Source of the DNA: Utricularia gibba
Taxonomy: Eukaryota; Plantae; Magnoliophyta
Direction: 5' to 3'
Assembly: GCA_002189035.1 (NCBI GenBank)
Contig: CM007991.1
Location: 3,906,001-3,970,000 of the forward strand
Length of the DNA: 64,000 nt
Each line of letters begins with the position of its first letter. Position 1 is the stretch's first letter. This document shows, piece by piece, positions 1-11,966 of this stretch. The notes beneath the pieces were generated by a model that was not told the DNA's origin, ran no database searches, and saw only the letters and a program-made list of their open reading frames with translations. The position numbers and the translations under genes were made by a program.

Positions 1-1
1 C

Positions 2-822
2 GGAGTGAAGCTGATGCAGAGCCCAGTTCCCACCAGCTACCTCTTCTTTTTGTTCGGGGAATTTCAGCGATGGTGGAAATTGGGTGCTCTCATGGTAGCG
101 GTTTACGCTGCGTTCAGAAGCGTCGCCACCAGACGCAAGCTTGTTTTGATTCTCCACCGGAGTTTTAAAAAGTTTCCTCATCCGAACGACGAGGCGGTCG
201 ATTCCGGAGACGACGACGGCGACGCGGTTTCCGTGGATGACTTTTCCTCTGAGGATGAGCAGGAGCCTGTGGTCAGGGAAACCGGTACGGCGTCATTTGC
301 AGGCGGAGACTTCGATGTGAAGGGGTCGCAACTCTTTCGCAGTGGGTGGAAGCCGGAATTTAACCTCGGTAGAAATGTCGTGCAGCTGTGGGATAGTCTC
401 GGGATGAGTCTCGATTTGGATGAGGATTCACTCGATCTGGATTCCAGGGGCGTGGTTTCAACCTGGGATTCCGATGAGGAGCAAAAGGCGATCGACTATT
501 GGAGTATCCCCCGATTTCGCCGGCTACCTCTCCGTTGATTTTGACGGCGGAGAGTAACGAGAAAGGGGACGGCGTTATTTTGAGCGGTTACGATTCCAGA
601 ATCCGACGGCGATCACCGGCTTTGTACGCCGAATGGAAGTTGCCGACGAGGACGGTGGCGGGTTTGTCCTCAGGGGGCGTTTCTAAGGTGTACCTGAGAG
701 ACGACGTCAACGGCGTGATCGACGTTGGCGACGTTAGGAAAGTCGGACAGCCGTTAAAGACTGTGAGAGAAAGTAACGGCGATAGGTGGTGGGACGCTGA
801 CGCCGTTAAATTTGATGATTAA
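2..822 (+). CDS. 5'-partial plant-specific uncharacterised membrane protein (At1g25400/At1g68440-like family, recalled), split by a 1-nt frameshift at ~499
   Basis: The frame is open from the window edge. ORF 5..538 has a hydrophobic segment (WWKLGALMVAVYAAF) and an acidic tract. ORF 499..822 continues with SPLILTAE..YDSRIRRRSPALYAEW..KVYLRDD..VGDVRK..WWDAD. The two join at GAC TAT / TTG GAG, sharing T499. Confidence 0.6.
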
Positions 823-2313
823 TTTGTCCAGTCCAGTCCATTCTCCGCTTCCTAATTGCTAATTAATCATTAAAACCCTGGGCATGTCTCTTGTAAATTA
901 ATAATTTTGAATTATTATCATTATTTTATTATTCAATAATGGGACCTTCATTCGAATACAGTCACATTTCTTAATTGGTTATTTCAAAATATTAATATTC
1001 TTTTAACTAAATTAATATAAAACTAAAATAATTTATAAAGTCGTTTTTGTCAAATAAAACAACGTCAGTTAGTAGTTGTTTGTTGTACATAAATTTTATT
1101 ACAAATTATATTAATTTAATAAACGAATTTCTAATAGAAAAAAATAACCTTATTTAATTAAAAAATTAAGTGCAAAAATAAATTTGGAAATTTTGATTTA
1201 AAGGATAAACATATATACACACATAATATATATTTACGATATATTGTATTTATCAAAGAAAATAATTATTAATATAACAATTAATATTTTATGTATATTA
1301 TATTGTACATTTTAAACATCTAACTCTTATAATTTTACGTTTTTTATTTTCAAGAAAAAAACTTCATTTAAAATTAAATAAAATCTTTTTCTATCTATCC
1401 ATAATCGACTTGAAATTTACTTAATATCCCTCCACCTTTTCTTGGAATAGGTCCCTTCCTCCCTTCTTGAAAACTTAGCATCAATATTTAATCACCATTG
1501 GTTATAAACTTGAGTTTGACTTTGATATCAAATATAGTTTAACATTTAAACCTATTAAATAAAGGATGATAAATGTACAATTTAAGAGTTCAACAACCCA
1601 AATTTGACAGTGAAATGAAATGGGTAAACATATTCAAATGAAAATTACCACATGAATGAAGTTATTATAATGCTGTAAATATTCTGCACATGTCCTGTGT
1701 GTAGTTTTGAGTTAATATTCACATATTATATGAGACTCTGCAGGAGGTTGGAAAGCAAAATACAGAAGCGCACCGAGGAATGAGAATGCACCCTGTTTAA
1801 ACTAGACGTCATTCCTCTACAAAATCTCTGATGTGCTCAAATTTTGTGAACGAGTAGCACGTCTTGATGGACCAAGGAATTGTTGCTCTCGGCCAAACTG
1901 AAACCAGAATGCTTGCACTTGTGCTCTGAAAATACAAAAAGAATTACAATTTTTCATAAGGCAAAAGCTACCTTCAGTGTTCCTGTGGGAGATGTTTTAT
2001 CAGCATTTCCTCCCCAAGGCAGCAACTTCTACAAAACTGTTTGCGTGGGCCACTTCCAGGTCTGGAAAGTTTGGAATCCTTTCACTTTCGGTAGTTAGAG
2101 ATGTTGGCTTGTTACATGTCTGGCACTTGCTTTGCTTTGTCATGTCAACATGAAAAAATCATTCATGCCAATCGCCAAAACTTGCAGATTTTCAATCTCG
2201 ATGGAATGCTGCTGAGACTAAACTGGCAGGTTTTCCACATTCTATGGAACTTATGGAACAGGAAACCTACGACAAATCTTTCAGATCTCCCTATCTTAAG
2301 AAGGCTTCTTGTA

Positions 2314-4131
2314 TTATTCTGTGAGCATGACCAAGCTTGTTGCAGCACCTTTTCGGGCTTTCAAGTAATCCAGAAGATTTCTAGAAGCCACAACTTCGAC
2401 CCATCTTCCAGTTTCAGCATATAAATTTGAAGAGAGTAAGAAATTCTCATAATTATGTGAAGCATTCAGCTCTGGCATGCTTTTGAGCAAATTAAACCCA
2501 TGCTTAATGTGGCCATGAACCCTGCAAGCATACATCAGCATTCTCCAAATTATAGCATTTGGCTCCATGGGCATTTCGTGAACAAACTTTTTTGCTTCTT
2601 CTAACATTCCCAATCTAGCAAGCATGTCTACCATGCAACCACAATGCTCGATCTGAGGTTTGATGCCATATGTTACTTGCATCATATTGTAAGCATTTCT
2701 ACCTTCAATAACCATGCCTGTGTGGTCACAAGCAAATAAAACACCGATAAAGGTAACAGCATTAGGAATTATCTTGTTCTCACACATTTTCTGGAACATA
2801 GCAAGAGACTGACATCCTTGACTATTTATGGCATGACCTATGATCATGGATGTCCACGAGATGACATCCTTCTCGGGCATTGTATTGAAGATGGAAGTAG
2901 CCTTTTCCATGCACCCACATTTTGCATACAGGTCAATAAGGGCATTCCTCAGAATCAAACTTCTTTTGAAGATATCATTGCTCTCCACCAAAGAATGCAC
3001 AACGGTACACCTCCTTAACTCCTTGATATCACGGCATGCTTTGATTAATCCGAGAACTGTAACATCATCAAGGGCTAAATCTCTCAACTTGACTTGATCC
3101 AAGAGCATCAAAACATCGCTAGCTTGTCCATTTTCAGCATAACCATGCACCATAGCATTCCACAACGCAATATTCTGCTTTGGTAATTCATTAAACAGTT
3201 TTCTAGCTGAGTGCACTTCTCTACACTTTGCGTACATGTTGATTAGTGCAGTCCCAATGGAATCCTCACATTCTAGGCTGACAACTCTAGCATAAGCATG
3301 AAGCATTTCTCCCGTACGGAGATCAATGTGAGAAGTACATGTAGACAACAAGCAACTCAATGACACTTTATCAATTTTCACACCTTCAATCCTCATATTT
3401 TGGAACAGCAGATGTGCTTTAGTAAATTGAAAGCCATTGACATAACCCCAAATCATTGTATTCCAAGAAAATAAATCTTTCTGCGGCATGCCCCTGAAGA
3501 GAGTTTCCGCATCAGAAAGAAACCCAAATTTAGCATAAAAATTGATGAGAGCGTTACAAACTTCAGTACTACAATCCAATCCAATCTTACAGCAGCAGCA
3601 ATGCAGAGCAAGTGATGATCTACATTGTCCATACTCGACGCAACCAGATATCAAAATCACTAAAGTGATGAAATTCGGCCTCACATCCAAACCAAAATCA
3701 CAACTCATCAATTTATCAAGCAAGCTAAATCCCATGGTAATATTTCCTCTTCTCACATATCCAGATATCATGCAGTTAATTGCGACAACCGTTTTGTCTT
3801 TCATTGAACCAAATAAAACTGAAGCACAAAATGTCGTATTCACAAAACCCATGTAGAAACTAACGAGGCTATTCAAGATATGCGAGTTACCATCCAGGCC
3901 AAGTCTAAGGACATGGCAGTGTATCGATTTGCCTTCACGAGCGGCTCGAACTTTGCCACAAGCTTTGATCAGAGAAGCATACACAAAGGGGCTATCCCTA
4001 ATGCGGCTGCTCGCATTTCCGGTGTACAACAACTGGAATAAAGACAGGGCTTTTAATGGGTTGCTTGCCGATAGATGCCTGATCATGAGACTGCATCCAC
4101 AGGGGTTCGCCGGGTTACTCAGTGATTCCAA
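2314..4131 (-). CDS. PLS-class pentatricopeptide repeat protein, E subgroup, intronless, 605 aa
   Basis: Repeated PPR motifs (NALINFYAKFG..A..LF..MP.KDLFSWNTMI; NALIDLYAKCGCMEKA; EHCGCMVDMLARLG) and a C-terminal E-type segment. No DYW domain. Confidence 0.93.
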   Translation of the reverse strand: MESLSNPANPCGCSLMIRHLSASNPLKALSLFQLLYTGNASSRIRDSPFVYASLIKACGKVRAAREGKSIHCHVLRLGLDGNSHILNSLVSFYMGFVNTTFCASVLFGSMKDKTVVAINCMISGYVRRGNITMGFSLLDKLMSCDFGLDVRPNFITLVILISGCVEYGQCRSSLALHCCCCKIGLDCSTEVCNALINFYAKFGFLSDAETLFRGMPQKDLFSWNTMIWGYVNGFQFTKAHLLFQNMRIEGVKIDKVSLSCLLSTCTSHIDLRTGEMLHAYARVVSLECEDSIGTALINMYAKCREVHSARKLFNELPKQNIALWNAMVHGYAENGQASDVLMLLDQVKLRDLALDDVTVLGLIKACRDIKELRRCTVVHSLVESNDIFKRSLILRNALIDLYAKCGCMEKATSIFNTMPEKDVISWTSMIIGHAINSQGCQSLAMFQKMCENKIIPNAVTFIGVLFACDHTGMVIEGRNAYNMMQVTYGIKPQIEHCGCMVDMLARLGMLEEAKKFVHEMPMEPNAIIWRMLMYACRVHGHIKHGFNLLKSMPELNASHNYENFLLSSNLYAETGRWVEVVASRNLLDYLKARKGAATSLVMLTE

Positions 4132-4386
4132 CGGAGGCTGAAGAACAATATCGAAAGCGGAAAAAAGATGACTAAAAATGGGAAGAAGAAAAGTTCACCC
4201 CAGGCAGAGTGCGGGTCAAGCCGCTAAATAGCCCGTCAGTGATGCTCCGGTCCGGCGAAAGTTATTGGCCGTTGATCTTCATGCGAGATCGGAAAGTTGG
4301 GCGTGTGTTTATATTCAAAAACCTTACTTTACTCAAATCTATTTAACTACCTCCAAATTTACTCAAGTCCACTAAGCTCTGAAAGA

Positions 4387-6288
4387 TCACCAAGCAACCG
4401 AGTTTACGTGTGTTTCTAGCAAGAGCTCTGGAGCCTCATCGTCACTTCCATAGCCTTGCAACGTGATAGCCATTGTTAGCCCTCTGATGGCTTCATAAAT
4501 CTCGCCACGTTTCGGATGCCTTTCGTCGAAGGCATAGAACTCGAGAACCCCGTCCACGGTTTCAATGGCGCTACAGCCAGGTTGCTTCTTTGATCCCATG
4601 CCGTTCAACACACTTTTCAGGCGAGCCAAATCTTCCCACCTCCGAGCTTCGCCGTATACGTTCGATAGTGTGACATAGTTTGCGGGGTTTGCAGGATCAA
4701 GCTCTATAAGCCATTGGAGACAGAGCTCTGCTAACTCGAGTTTCTTGTGAACACGGGAAGCTGCTAGCAAGGTGGTCCATATCACACTGTCTGCCCTCAT
4801 AGGCATGTTCTGTACAAATTCTGTGGCCTGATCGAGAAGCCCCCGTCTCGCAAGAAGGTCCACGACACAACCATAATGCTCGATTCTAGGTGCCATGGAG
4901 TATTCAGTGTTCATAGAGTGAAAATGGCCGAGTCCTTCTTTGACTAACCCCATATGGGAACAGGCATTCAGCACACCAACGAAGGTGATCCCATCTGGTT
5001 TCCCTCCGGAAGCCTTCATCTCCATGAAAAGATGGAGTGCATCAGCTCCATGACCATGAACGGCTAATGCATTGATTATTGTGTTCCACGATATGGAATC
5101 CTTATTCTTCATGTTCCTGAATACAGAGATTGCAGATTCTACACAGCCGCATTTGGCATACATGTCCATAAGAGCATTGCAAACATAGAGATTATCATCG
5201 TAGTCTCTGTCTTCTGCATATCTATGCACCCACTTCCCAAAATCAAGAGATACTAGTCTTGCACAAGCAGTTAAGACAAAGACAAGCGTTGCATCATTGG
5301 GCTGGACGGTAGCCTCGGTAAGCATCCTCTTAAAGGTATCGAGTACATCAGCGAAACGCCCATTGTGCAGATATCCTCCGATCAGTGCATTCCATGAGAA
5401 AATACTTTTATCTTTCATAGAATTAAACAACCTGCAGCACCCCTCAACGTCCCCATTACTGGCATATCCATTCAATAAGACATTAAAAGACATCAAATCT
5501 TTAACTGGCATCATGTCAAAGAGCTTCCTTGCCTCCACCATATTTCCTGAATCCATGTATGCCGTTATCATTCTATTCCACAGAACAATATCGCGTTCCG
5601 GTGCTAAATCAAAAAGGTTTCTAGCTGAAACTAAGTCACGATTCGCAGCATAACAGTTTATCATTGTAGTCCAAACAACGACGTTCCTAACAAGCATTTC
5701 AGCAAACACTCTATAACCCCAAACTACACAACCACAGGAGGAATACAACTCAATCAAAAGCGTACCACAATATATATTTGCCTTGAAACCATTTTTTATA
5801 GATTGGCAATGCAATTCCTCGCCTTCTCTCAGAGCCAGAATCTTGCAACAGGCCTTCAACACTTCAGGTAACGAGTAACGGTTGGGTTTAGCATCCTCCC
5901 TCAACATGTCTCTAAAAAACACCATAACTTCCCTAAATGACTCATTTTCCAAATACCCTTTTAGCATAACATTCCATAACGAGGTGCGCCTCCTGTGCAG
6001 CAATCCGTCGAACACCTTCCGGGCATAGCGTATTTGCTTCAGCGCAGAGCACCTCACTAGAAAAAAGGAGGTTGGACGGTGATCCCAGCAATCAACACCA
6101 TTGGTTACTATCTGAGACTGTATCTGCCGTAGTTGTTTCAGACTCTTACATGACTGAACAAGCGAAATCAACCCATGTTCCAGTGTACGCGGACTACTTA
6201 ATCCCCGACACGTACCCAGATTTCCTATTCCCGATAAAGAATCGACATCTATGTCGAAGCAACGGATCGTCCGCAGCACAGCATCCAC
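4387..6288 (-). CDS. PLS-class PPR protein with E/E+ extension, intronless, 633 aa
   Basis: Canonical motifs NALMDMYAKCG, IEHYGCVVDLLARRG, LDPANPANYVTLSNVY and KKQPGCSAIE..EFYAFDERHP (E+). No DYW domain. Confidence 0.95.
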   Translation of the reverse strand: MDAVLRTIRCFDIDVDSLSGIGNLGTCRGLSSPRTLEHGLISLVQSCKSLKQLRQIQSQIVTNGVDCWDHRPTSFFLVRCSALKQIRYARKVFDGLLHRRRTSLWNVMLKGYLENESFREVMVFFRDMLREDAKPNRYSLPEVLKACCKILALREGEELHCQSIKNGFKANIYCGTLLIELYSSCGCVVWGYRVFAEMLVRNVVVWTTMINCYAANRDLVSARNLFDLAPERDIVLWNRMITAYMDSGNMVEARKLFDMMPVKDLMSFNVLLNGYASNGDVEGCCRLFNSMKDKSIFSWNALIGGYLHNGRFADVLDTFKRMLTEATVQPNDATLVFVLTACARLVSLDFGKWVHRYAEDRDYDDNLYVCNALMDMYAKCGCVESAISVFRNMKNKDSISWNTIINALAVHGHGADALHLFMEMKASGGKPDGITFVGVLNACSHMGLVKEGLGHFHSMNTEYSMAPRIEHYGCVVDLLARRGLLDQATEFVQNMPMRADSVIWTTLLAASRVHKKLELAELCLQWLIELDPANPANYVTLSNVYGEARRWEDLARLKSVLNGMGSKKQPGCSAIETVDGVLEFYAFDERHPKRGEIYEAIRGLTMAITLQGYGSDDEAPELLLETHVNSVAW

Positions 6289-7991
6289 CGGTCGGCGCTA
6301 GGATTCGGATACCGGAATAACAAACAAAGAAACGACGTTGTAAGCGAACCTTGTGCCCGCCACAACTTTTCCATCATTTGGGCCCGACAGAATTTGGGCT
6401 TTTCATCTTAGCCCATGAATGAATATTCCCAAAATGCTTGGTTCCGGTCAAACCGCCCAAGCGATACAGTGCACACATCGGTGTCTAAAAGGTAGCTATA
6501 TTATACGACGACCACACATGCAATACCATGCACCCCACTAGCCGTACGCCTGTCCAAATCTATAAATAGCGAAACACCAAAACCGAACCCATATACGTGT
6601 CCGCACTGTGAAACATGAAAATCATATTTAATAACGTAAATTAGATATTTTAAAATTATTTATTACATTACTTTCGTTGAATTACAAAAACATTATCCAA
6701 CTTCACTAATTTCATTATAGTAATATATATGGACTATTCTGTGAACCAAATCTTTTGAATTGATTCTATTTCATTTTTGAAAATTTCAATCTTATTCTAT
6801 CTTGTGAGAAAATTAAAAATTCAGATAATGTGACTAATGTTATAAATTATTGAATTTATTGAATCTACCATTAAAAAATTAATTAGAGAATTATATTACT
6901 TATTTTTAATACATTTAAAAAATACGTGTATATTATCACATTAAACTATAGAATACTTTAATATATTAAATTTTATAATATACAATTTGATATATTAAAA
7001 TCTAGAATTTAATTTTATATTATTATACAAAGTAGTTTTACAGTTTGAAAATTGAATCTACTAATAAAATTAATTCTATTTTACAACAAAAATTTAAAAA
7101 CAGAACAAATCCTACATCTTATATTTCTGTTACTTCAAAAGATTTATCTTCCAATGAACACAAATCACTTTCGTTTAAAACTTGATTAAAAACATTAAAA
7201 TTACTTTGATAATTTTTCATATAAATGAAATTACAAAACTTTATAATATGTGATAACGTGCTATCATTAAAAAAACAGGACATCTTTTCACACATATTTA
7301 ATTATTATTATTTTTTTAAAAAAAGGTGAAATAGTAGAGGGCATCTCTCTTGCCTATCATTACCTCACGTGTGGAGGTAATCTATCCCTGTAGTATTGCT
7401 GTTAGGCCATATGAAAACGAGATTAGGGAAATGAACCCCTCCTTTTTAATAAAAGCCTATGTGATGCCCTATCACGAGTGGAAAAGTTTAGACGAATATC
7501 ATATCGATTACAGATAAAGAAGAAAATGAAGTTGAGTAGAATGATTATATAAATCTTGTATGTTATTTTTTTCGAACACGGTAAAAGATATTATTAAATA
7601 TTAAAATTATTTTTTAATAAAAAAAATAAGAGGGTTAATTTAGTAGGTCTAGGGGTGGTGTCACGCCTCACAAGCTATGCAATAATGAAGGGTTAGGTCT
7701 AAGAGTAGGGAGGACTAATTAGTATAAGCTTGTGGTTTTATTCATTGCCATGTCCCCTTTTTTGTTGATGGTTTTTATTCAGCAATTAAAGTAATTTTAG
7801 GAATAAAGAAATGGTGGAAAATTGGAAATGTAATAAATGTATAAAGTTGGGGGGTATTTTAAATTTCAGAATTTTTGTGTCGGAAAGGGAAAGTTTAGCT
7901 GTCCCCATTTTCCCATGGCCTCCTGCCGGCTGCCAATCAGCTTCCTCCGCGGCTTCTCTTAAAATCCCATTTCGCATTGGCTACTGGTGCC

Positions 7992-7999
7992 TATAAATA
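7992..7999 (+). promoter_or_regulatory. TATA box of the gene at 8754, followed by a CT-rich leader and a probable 5'-UTR intron
   Basis: CCTATAAATAC followed by a pyrimidine-rich leader. Donor-like GAAG|GTAGCT near 8267 and acceptor TTTCAG at 8722-8727 lie upstream of ATG 8754. Confidence 0.55.
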
Positions 8000-8753
8000 C
8001 ACACGCCCCTTGCCCTTCACCCCTTCCTCTCGTTGTGTACGAGCCTGACCGTTAAATCTTCTTCACAATTTCTTTATCGAGGGGCGTAGCCCTCCACGTT
8101 TTGTGTTGTACAGCTCTTTTGGTTAGGTGGTTTTTTGCGTTTTCTTGTATAGTTTTTCATCGGGGGCTCCGGTTTCTAGGCGCTTTCTTCTTGTTGTGAG
8201 GTGGGTAGTTGATTTTTCTTCGTTTTCGGTTTCTTTTGCTGTTTTTGATGGTTTGGTATGGTGAAGGTAGCTCTTTTTTCTTCTTCAAGAAGTGACAGCA
8301 TAACTAATAATCGTTTGCTTTTGATTGTTGAGGGCGGTTCTAGAAGTTTGCTTTTGATTGTTCATGAGCTTCGAAGGTTCTCGAGTTTTAGAGTTTTGTT
8401 TGGAATTTGGATCTGTCGAAAGGCGTAGGCTGTAGAAGTTTTGGGGCTCTTTTTTCTTCGCTTTTCTGGCTAAAAAATTGACCTTTTTTTATTCACACCT
8501 GAAAATTTTGGACAGTATAGGCTTGTTTTTTCTGAAAGTCGGAAGTTTCTATTTGATTTCTGGCGACTCTGTTTGAACGATTCCCTGGTGCTTTCCCGTT
8601 CCCCTTCAGATCTGGCATACATATGTCGGTTCTTTGATTTTAATGTTCATTTTTTTCAAGCTTTTACATGTGTTTCTTTGAAGATATTCCTGCTAATCAG
8701 CGATGTCATTTGTCGTTATAATTTCAGGTTCTTGCTATTGCATCAAAGCTAAA

Positions 8754-9430
8754 ATGAGTCCGTATGCAATTCAACAGAGTTGTGTGGCCACCCTCGAAGA
8801 GTCGTGGACAGAATCAGTCTCCGCGGAATCCGGCGATATGAAGGGAACTGTGGTTTGTCCAAAGCCACGGCGGCTCAGCCTTGTCTGCACCATCACTGAG
8901 CCGCCGCGCGCAAGACCCTTCAGGTGGCTGGTGAGGTAAATCTTAGCCTACTTACAAACCGTCATCGATAATCACTACTATTCTTTTGGCTGAAAGTTTT
9001 CATCTTTTTCGTCTGTGGTTCTATCTGCAGCCACCAGCAAAAAGATTGTGATGCTAAAGCTGCAAATGAATTGCTAGACATAATCCTCTCCAAGGTTTGT
9101 TTCCTGAAAACTCATGCCCAATCCAACGCCTGCTCACCTAATGACAAATCCTGATATTGAATTCAGCAGGATGACACCCGTGATACAGATCATTTTTTCC
9201 CCGACATAGCTTCCTCATCGCCCCCATTCTCCTGTTCCCCACCAAGGAGAGTTGCCAACCCTCTGATTCAAGACGCCCGATTCGTGAGCGAGAAGTTCAC
9301 CCCCGTTCCTCCACGAGGCATTTCCGTGACCCACAGCTTCAGCAGCAGCAACCCGGCTGTAAGAATCGAGGGGTTCGACTGCCTGGACAGGGACAACCAG
9401 AGCAACTGCAGCATCCCTGCCCTGGCGTGA
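8754..9430 (+). CDS. Small uncharacterised plant protein (At1g68490/At1g13390/At3g02555-type family, recalled); exons 8754-8935, 9031-9094, 9170-9430
   Basis: The spliced product carries family motifs VVCPKPRRL, RPFRW, ELLDIILSK, SSPPF.CSPPRRVANPLIQDARF and the C-terminal VRIEGFDCLDRD..NCSIPALA*. GT-AG sites are in matching phase. Confidence 0.85.
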
Positions 9431-10293
9431 GAGTTGAGGACTGACTGCAAGGCATTTTGGTGAAGAGGCCGCGTCTGTCTTCTACTGGTGTTGTGGATGT
9501 ACATACTGAGATGAGTAAAGGGTCGTCGTCGTCTCTGTAAATTACATGATGTCAGAAAGGCTCGAGTCTGCCGGAAGTGTTTTGGTTTAGCTTTCCAAGG
9601 CGGCCCCTTCCTCGTTGTACTTTGTTTTTGAGTTGTACATTGATAGCCTTGAGTTCCAAAAATGCCCCTGGGCCCTCGGGTACGGGTCGGGTAAGCAAAA
9701 TGTTAATATAAATCACATTTCTTATGTATATATATATTTATTTTTTAAACAAAAAAAGAAAAGCCGGGATGATTACACGTAGACGCAAGCAGAGCCGCTC
9801 GATGGAGATAAGACAATGAGATCGAACCTTCGCGATTCTGAGCTTTGAATAATTACATATGGGCCTAGGCCCAATTATATCTAATGGGCTGGGCTTTGTA
9901 ACTGAACCCTGTAAATTGTAAATAAAATTAATTAAATTTGCTAAGTTATGGGCAATTGGATTTTTGGTTGGCCTGATAAAAAGAGATTTTGATAAGCCCA
10001 TAAAAAATGCTAGGGTTTGTGCTTTATATTGAAAAGTTTCTAGAGATAAGATTTTCATTTGAACATTGCCTTGGTATTGAACTACATTGATTAAAGATCA
10101 GGAATCACCTTCAGTTGTCATGCATTGAAAACCAAGATCATTAGCCAGCATCACAACATTTTTCACTACCAAAAACTTTATGGCCACAAGGGACATTATC
10201 CATGGGTATGATAAGGAGTGGGAATTGAGGCATTAGGAAGTAGATGTAGATTATTTTTGTATTTTAGTGGTATTATAGTATTTATTTTCGAGT

Positions 10294-10344
10294 TAATATA
10301 TATTTTAAACAAATATATATTTTAAACAAATATATATTTTAAAC
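10294..10344. repeat. 17-bp tandem repeat x3 (AAATATATATTTTAAAC)
   Basis: Read directly from the sequence. Confidence 0.85.
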
Positions 10345-10739
10345 CCTAAATATATTTTTTAATTAAATTAAATAAATTTTTAAAATATTTTTTATAATTA
10401 ATCATTTCATAAATAAATTAATATTAAATTTATAGAGCAAAAAATTTTAAAATTCCTTCTCAAACTCTAATATTGAATTAATAAGTGAATTGAGCTATTA
10501 TATGTCTAAAAATAAATTCAATTTTTTAAATATATAATTTTCAAATACTTTACTTTTTTATACATATTTTTATATACGTGTAATGAATGCTATGGCCATC
10601 TTGAATTAATTTTTATTTTTATTTTGAGACGATCACTTTCTCAATTTAGTGTAATACAATTTCTTTAGAATGTTAGTCTATTGTGTGATAAATATAGAAA
10701 AATTACATGTATTTTAAAAAAAACTTAAGACATTAGAAA

Positions 10740-11290
10740 CCAACAAAAATATCATCATTAGAATGCTTAATTATATGGGATGTCAATCTTATGACCAAAT
10801 GTGGTTCATATGATAACACCGGCTTTTTATTGTCCTCTAGTGACACAAAATCATTGATCATCCAGTAACCTATTATTGTAACTATGATTGTTCTTATACT
10901 TCTAAACGGTAGATAGTGAAGACTTTTTGACCTGGTCTGAAGCACCCTAGGTTTTATGTCGAAAGGGTTTTCTCTAAACGTTATGGTGCGTTGCTTATTT
11001 CCATTTCTTACTTTCTTTTCACAAGAATGTGGTTTGGCTTATATCCTATCAATAACACCCGGGTTTTTGTTGTTCCCCGATCATCTGGTGTAGGTGGCAC
11101 CCTTTGAGTGGAGGAAAATGGACAGATCCGTACTCAGTTTCATCATCCCATGTCTTTGCAATATAAAATAAGTACTTCTTATTCTCTTCTGGGACATGGA
11201 GTCTGGAAGGAGACACCAGTTTCCTCCATGTACGGACCTGATTATTACATTAGTTTCCTTGGTAAAAGTCAATGCTTTCATTCCCCTTTC
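10740..11290 (-). mobile_element. Possible highly decayed Ty1/Copia pol (integrase) remnant
   Basis: Minus-strand peptides VIIRSVHGGNW (compare integrase IRSDHGGEF) and RVLLIGY (compare the K.IF.GY motif). Many stops and no LTRs seen. Confidence 0.25.
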
Positions 11291-11966
11291 TTCTTTCCCC
11301 CATTGGACATAAAAGCAAGGTCCTACCTTTCCAAAACAAACCAGTCATGTACTGATTCATGGCGCTGCTCGTACCTTCTTCAAAATGCGACGCCGCTCAT
11401 CGGCCGGCGGCGAGTAAACATCTAACTAACCCTAATTCGTACATTACAATTGCCATCATTCGTGGGAAAACACATCTGATTCTGTTCTGTAATAATTTTT
11501 TTTAAAAAAAGATTAATCCAGACGTAATGCACCGTATTGTACTAATTGTACGGTATTGTCAACTTTTCTAGAAAGTGCTAGGATAAGCTTTTTAATTAAT
11601 GTAACAATAATTAAAATAATTATCGTTGAGAAATAAACTTAATTGGCCACTATTTTCAACTATCTTATTTTCTGTAGGAAATATTATAATAATTGGATTT
11701 TGAAAAAAAAAGAACTTGAAATTGTAGTAAACATGATGAAATATATTTATAATTTTTTAAAATGGTTTTACGATTTGTCGGTTATATGATTAATATAATA
11801 CTATTTTTGGAATTGAAAGTCAACTAGATTATGAAGGGATACCTTTGTTAAATAAGCAAAAGGAAAGAGACTACATGTAAGGCTAGTGGTATCGTCTGTA
11901 TTTGTTTCTTCTCATTTTATTGTCAGGTTCGGACATCCTTGTGCCTGATCTCCACTCCATTCTTAC

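Noticed and set aside
1741-2313. Separate gene or extra PPR exons (ORFs 1880-2098, 2101-2424, 2163-2348)
   Set aside because: No recognisable domain; more likely the PPR 3' UTR.
2818-6320. Plus-strand ORFs overlapping the PPRs, and similar antisense ORFs within COL, SSII, the protease, CHUP1 and DCP5
   Set aside because: These are shadow frames of real genes with no independent domain signal.
10882-10942. Box C/D snoRNA (ATGATTG...CTGA)
   Set aside because: Box C is non-canonical, there is no terminal stem, and I recognise no rRNA guide.
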